DNA of 64,000 nucleotides from Betaproteobacteria bacterium (GTDB lineage Bacteria; Pseudomonadota; Gammaproteobacteria; Burkholderiales; SG8-39): NCBI GenBank assembly GCA_016713125.1, contig JADJPT010000014.1, positions 5,083 to 69,082 of the forward strand, read 5' to 3'. Shown piece by piece: positions 63,786 to 64,000 of this stretch (position 1 is its first letter; each line of letters starts with the position of its first letter). The notes under the pieces were generated by a model. It saw only the letters and a program-made list of their open reading frames with translations, ran no database searches and was not told where the DNA came from. The position numbers and the translations under genes were made by a program.

Positions 63786-64000
63786 GCCGGCAGCGCCCGA
63801 GAAGCGGTGGCGGCGGCTGCAGGCAGATTCCAATGCGGTGCGTACTCCACCTGCTCCAGGCACAGTCCGGCGGCGGCAAAGGTCGGTGCCGCGCGCGCGC
63901 GGTCGCGGGCCTCGAGCAGTTCGCGCACCCAGCCCGGTGGGTGCCTGCCCTTGCCCACGTAGACCAGCGTGCCGACGATATTGCGCACCATGTGGTGCAG
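63782..64000 (-). CDS. truA: tRNA pseudouridine(38-40) synthase TruA, C-terminal fragment (5' end outside the window)
   Basis: ORF 63782..63991(-) and its upstream continuation read HHMVRNIVGTLVYVGKGRHPPGWVRELLEARDRARAAPTFAAAGLCLEQVEY, which is typical of the TruA C-terminus. The position upstream of trpF is the usual synteny. Confidence 0.85.
   Translation of the reverse strand: MHHMVRNIVGTLVYVGKGRHPPGWVRELLEARDRARAAPTFAAAGLCLEQVEYAPHWNLPAAAATASRALPA

Overview
High-GC chromosomal window, probably betaproteobacterial. That assignment is inferred from gene content only: a Bug-family binding protein, narK1-narK2-narGHJI with divergent narXL, and the truA-trpFBA-accD-folC-dedD-cvpA-purF-metZ block. 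Most of the window is ordinary housekeeping or respiratory sequence.

Layout, left to right:
- 1-9.9 kb: mgtE-like (partial), radA, alr, a LysR regulator, lplT, a lemA-TPM-TPM operon, udg, rimI, tsaB.
- 9.9-13.5 kb: two tandem tartrate/isopropylmalate-dehydrogenase paralogs, a GNAT, a LOG-family gene, a small membrane protein.
- 13.5-28.3 kb: a complete respiratory nitrate reductase locus (nnrS, beta-carbonic anhydrase, PpiC-type PPIase, narI, narJ, narH, narG, two narK genes, narX, narL).
- 28.3-29.7 kb: a PlsB-like acyltransferase.
- 29.8-41.0 kb: the accessory export locus described below.
- 41.1-51.1 kb: a DUF1501/DUF1800 pair, an aldehyde dehydrogenase, ompR-envZ, SnoaL-like, M20 peptidase, RidA and Bug genes.
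- 51.2-54.7 kb: a second, degenerate HlyB/HlyD type I secretion pair.
- 54.8-64.0 kb: the metZ to truA block.

The stand-out is the minus-strand operon at about 29.8-41.0 kb. It encodes a small acidic protein, a cNMP-binding protein, a TolC-like OMP, a HlyD adaptor, an ABC transporter with an apparently intact C39 peptidase domain, and a second ABC transporter. A cargo gene follows that is largely invisible in the ORF track. It has a textbook double-glycine leader (ELDDAELEQVSGG) fused to an extremely Lys/Asp/Gly-rich, Met-free, Cys-free repeat protein of about 220 residues with (KDKKGG/KDKGG)n repeats. A second HlyD paralog converges on this gene from the + strand. No RiPP-modifying enzymes are present.

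Second theme: at least 12 otherwise well-conserved genes, plus the cargo gene, carry single-base frameshifts, and one also has an in-frame TGA. Many of the indels sit in short homopolymers. This points to indel-type sequence error rather than mass pseudogenisation.

I saw no rRNA, tRNA, CRISPR array or obvious mobile element. Hand-indexed coordinates of small motifs may be off by 1-2 nt.
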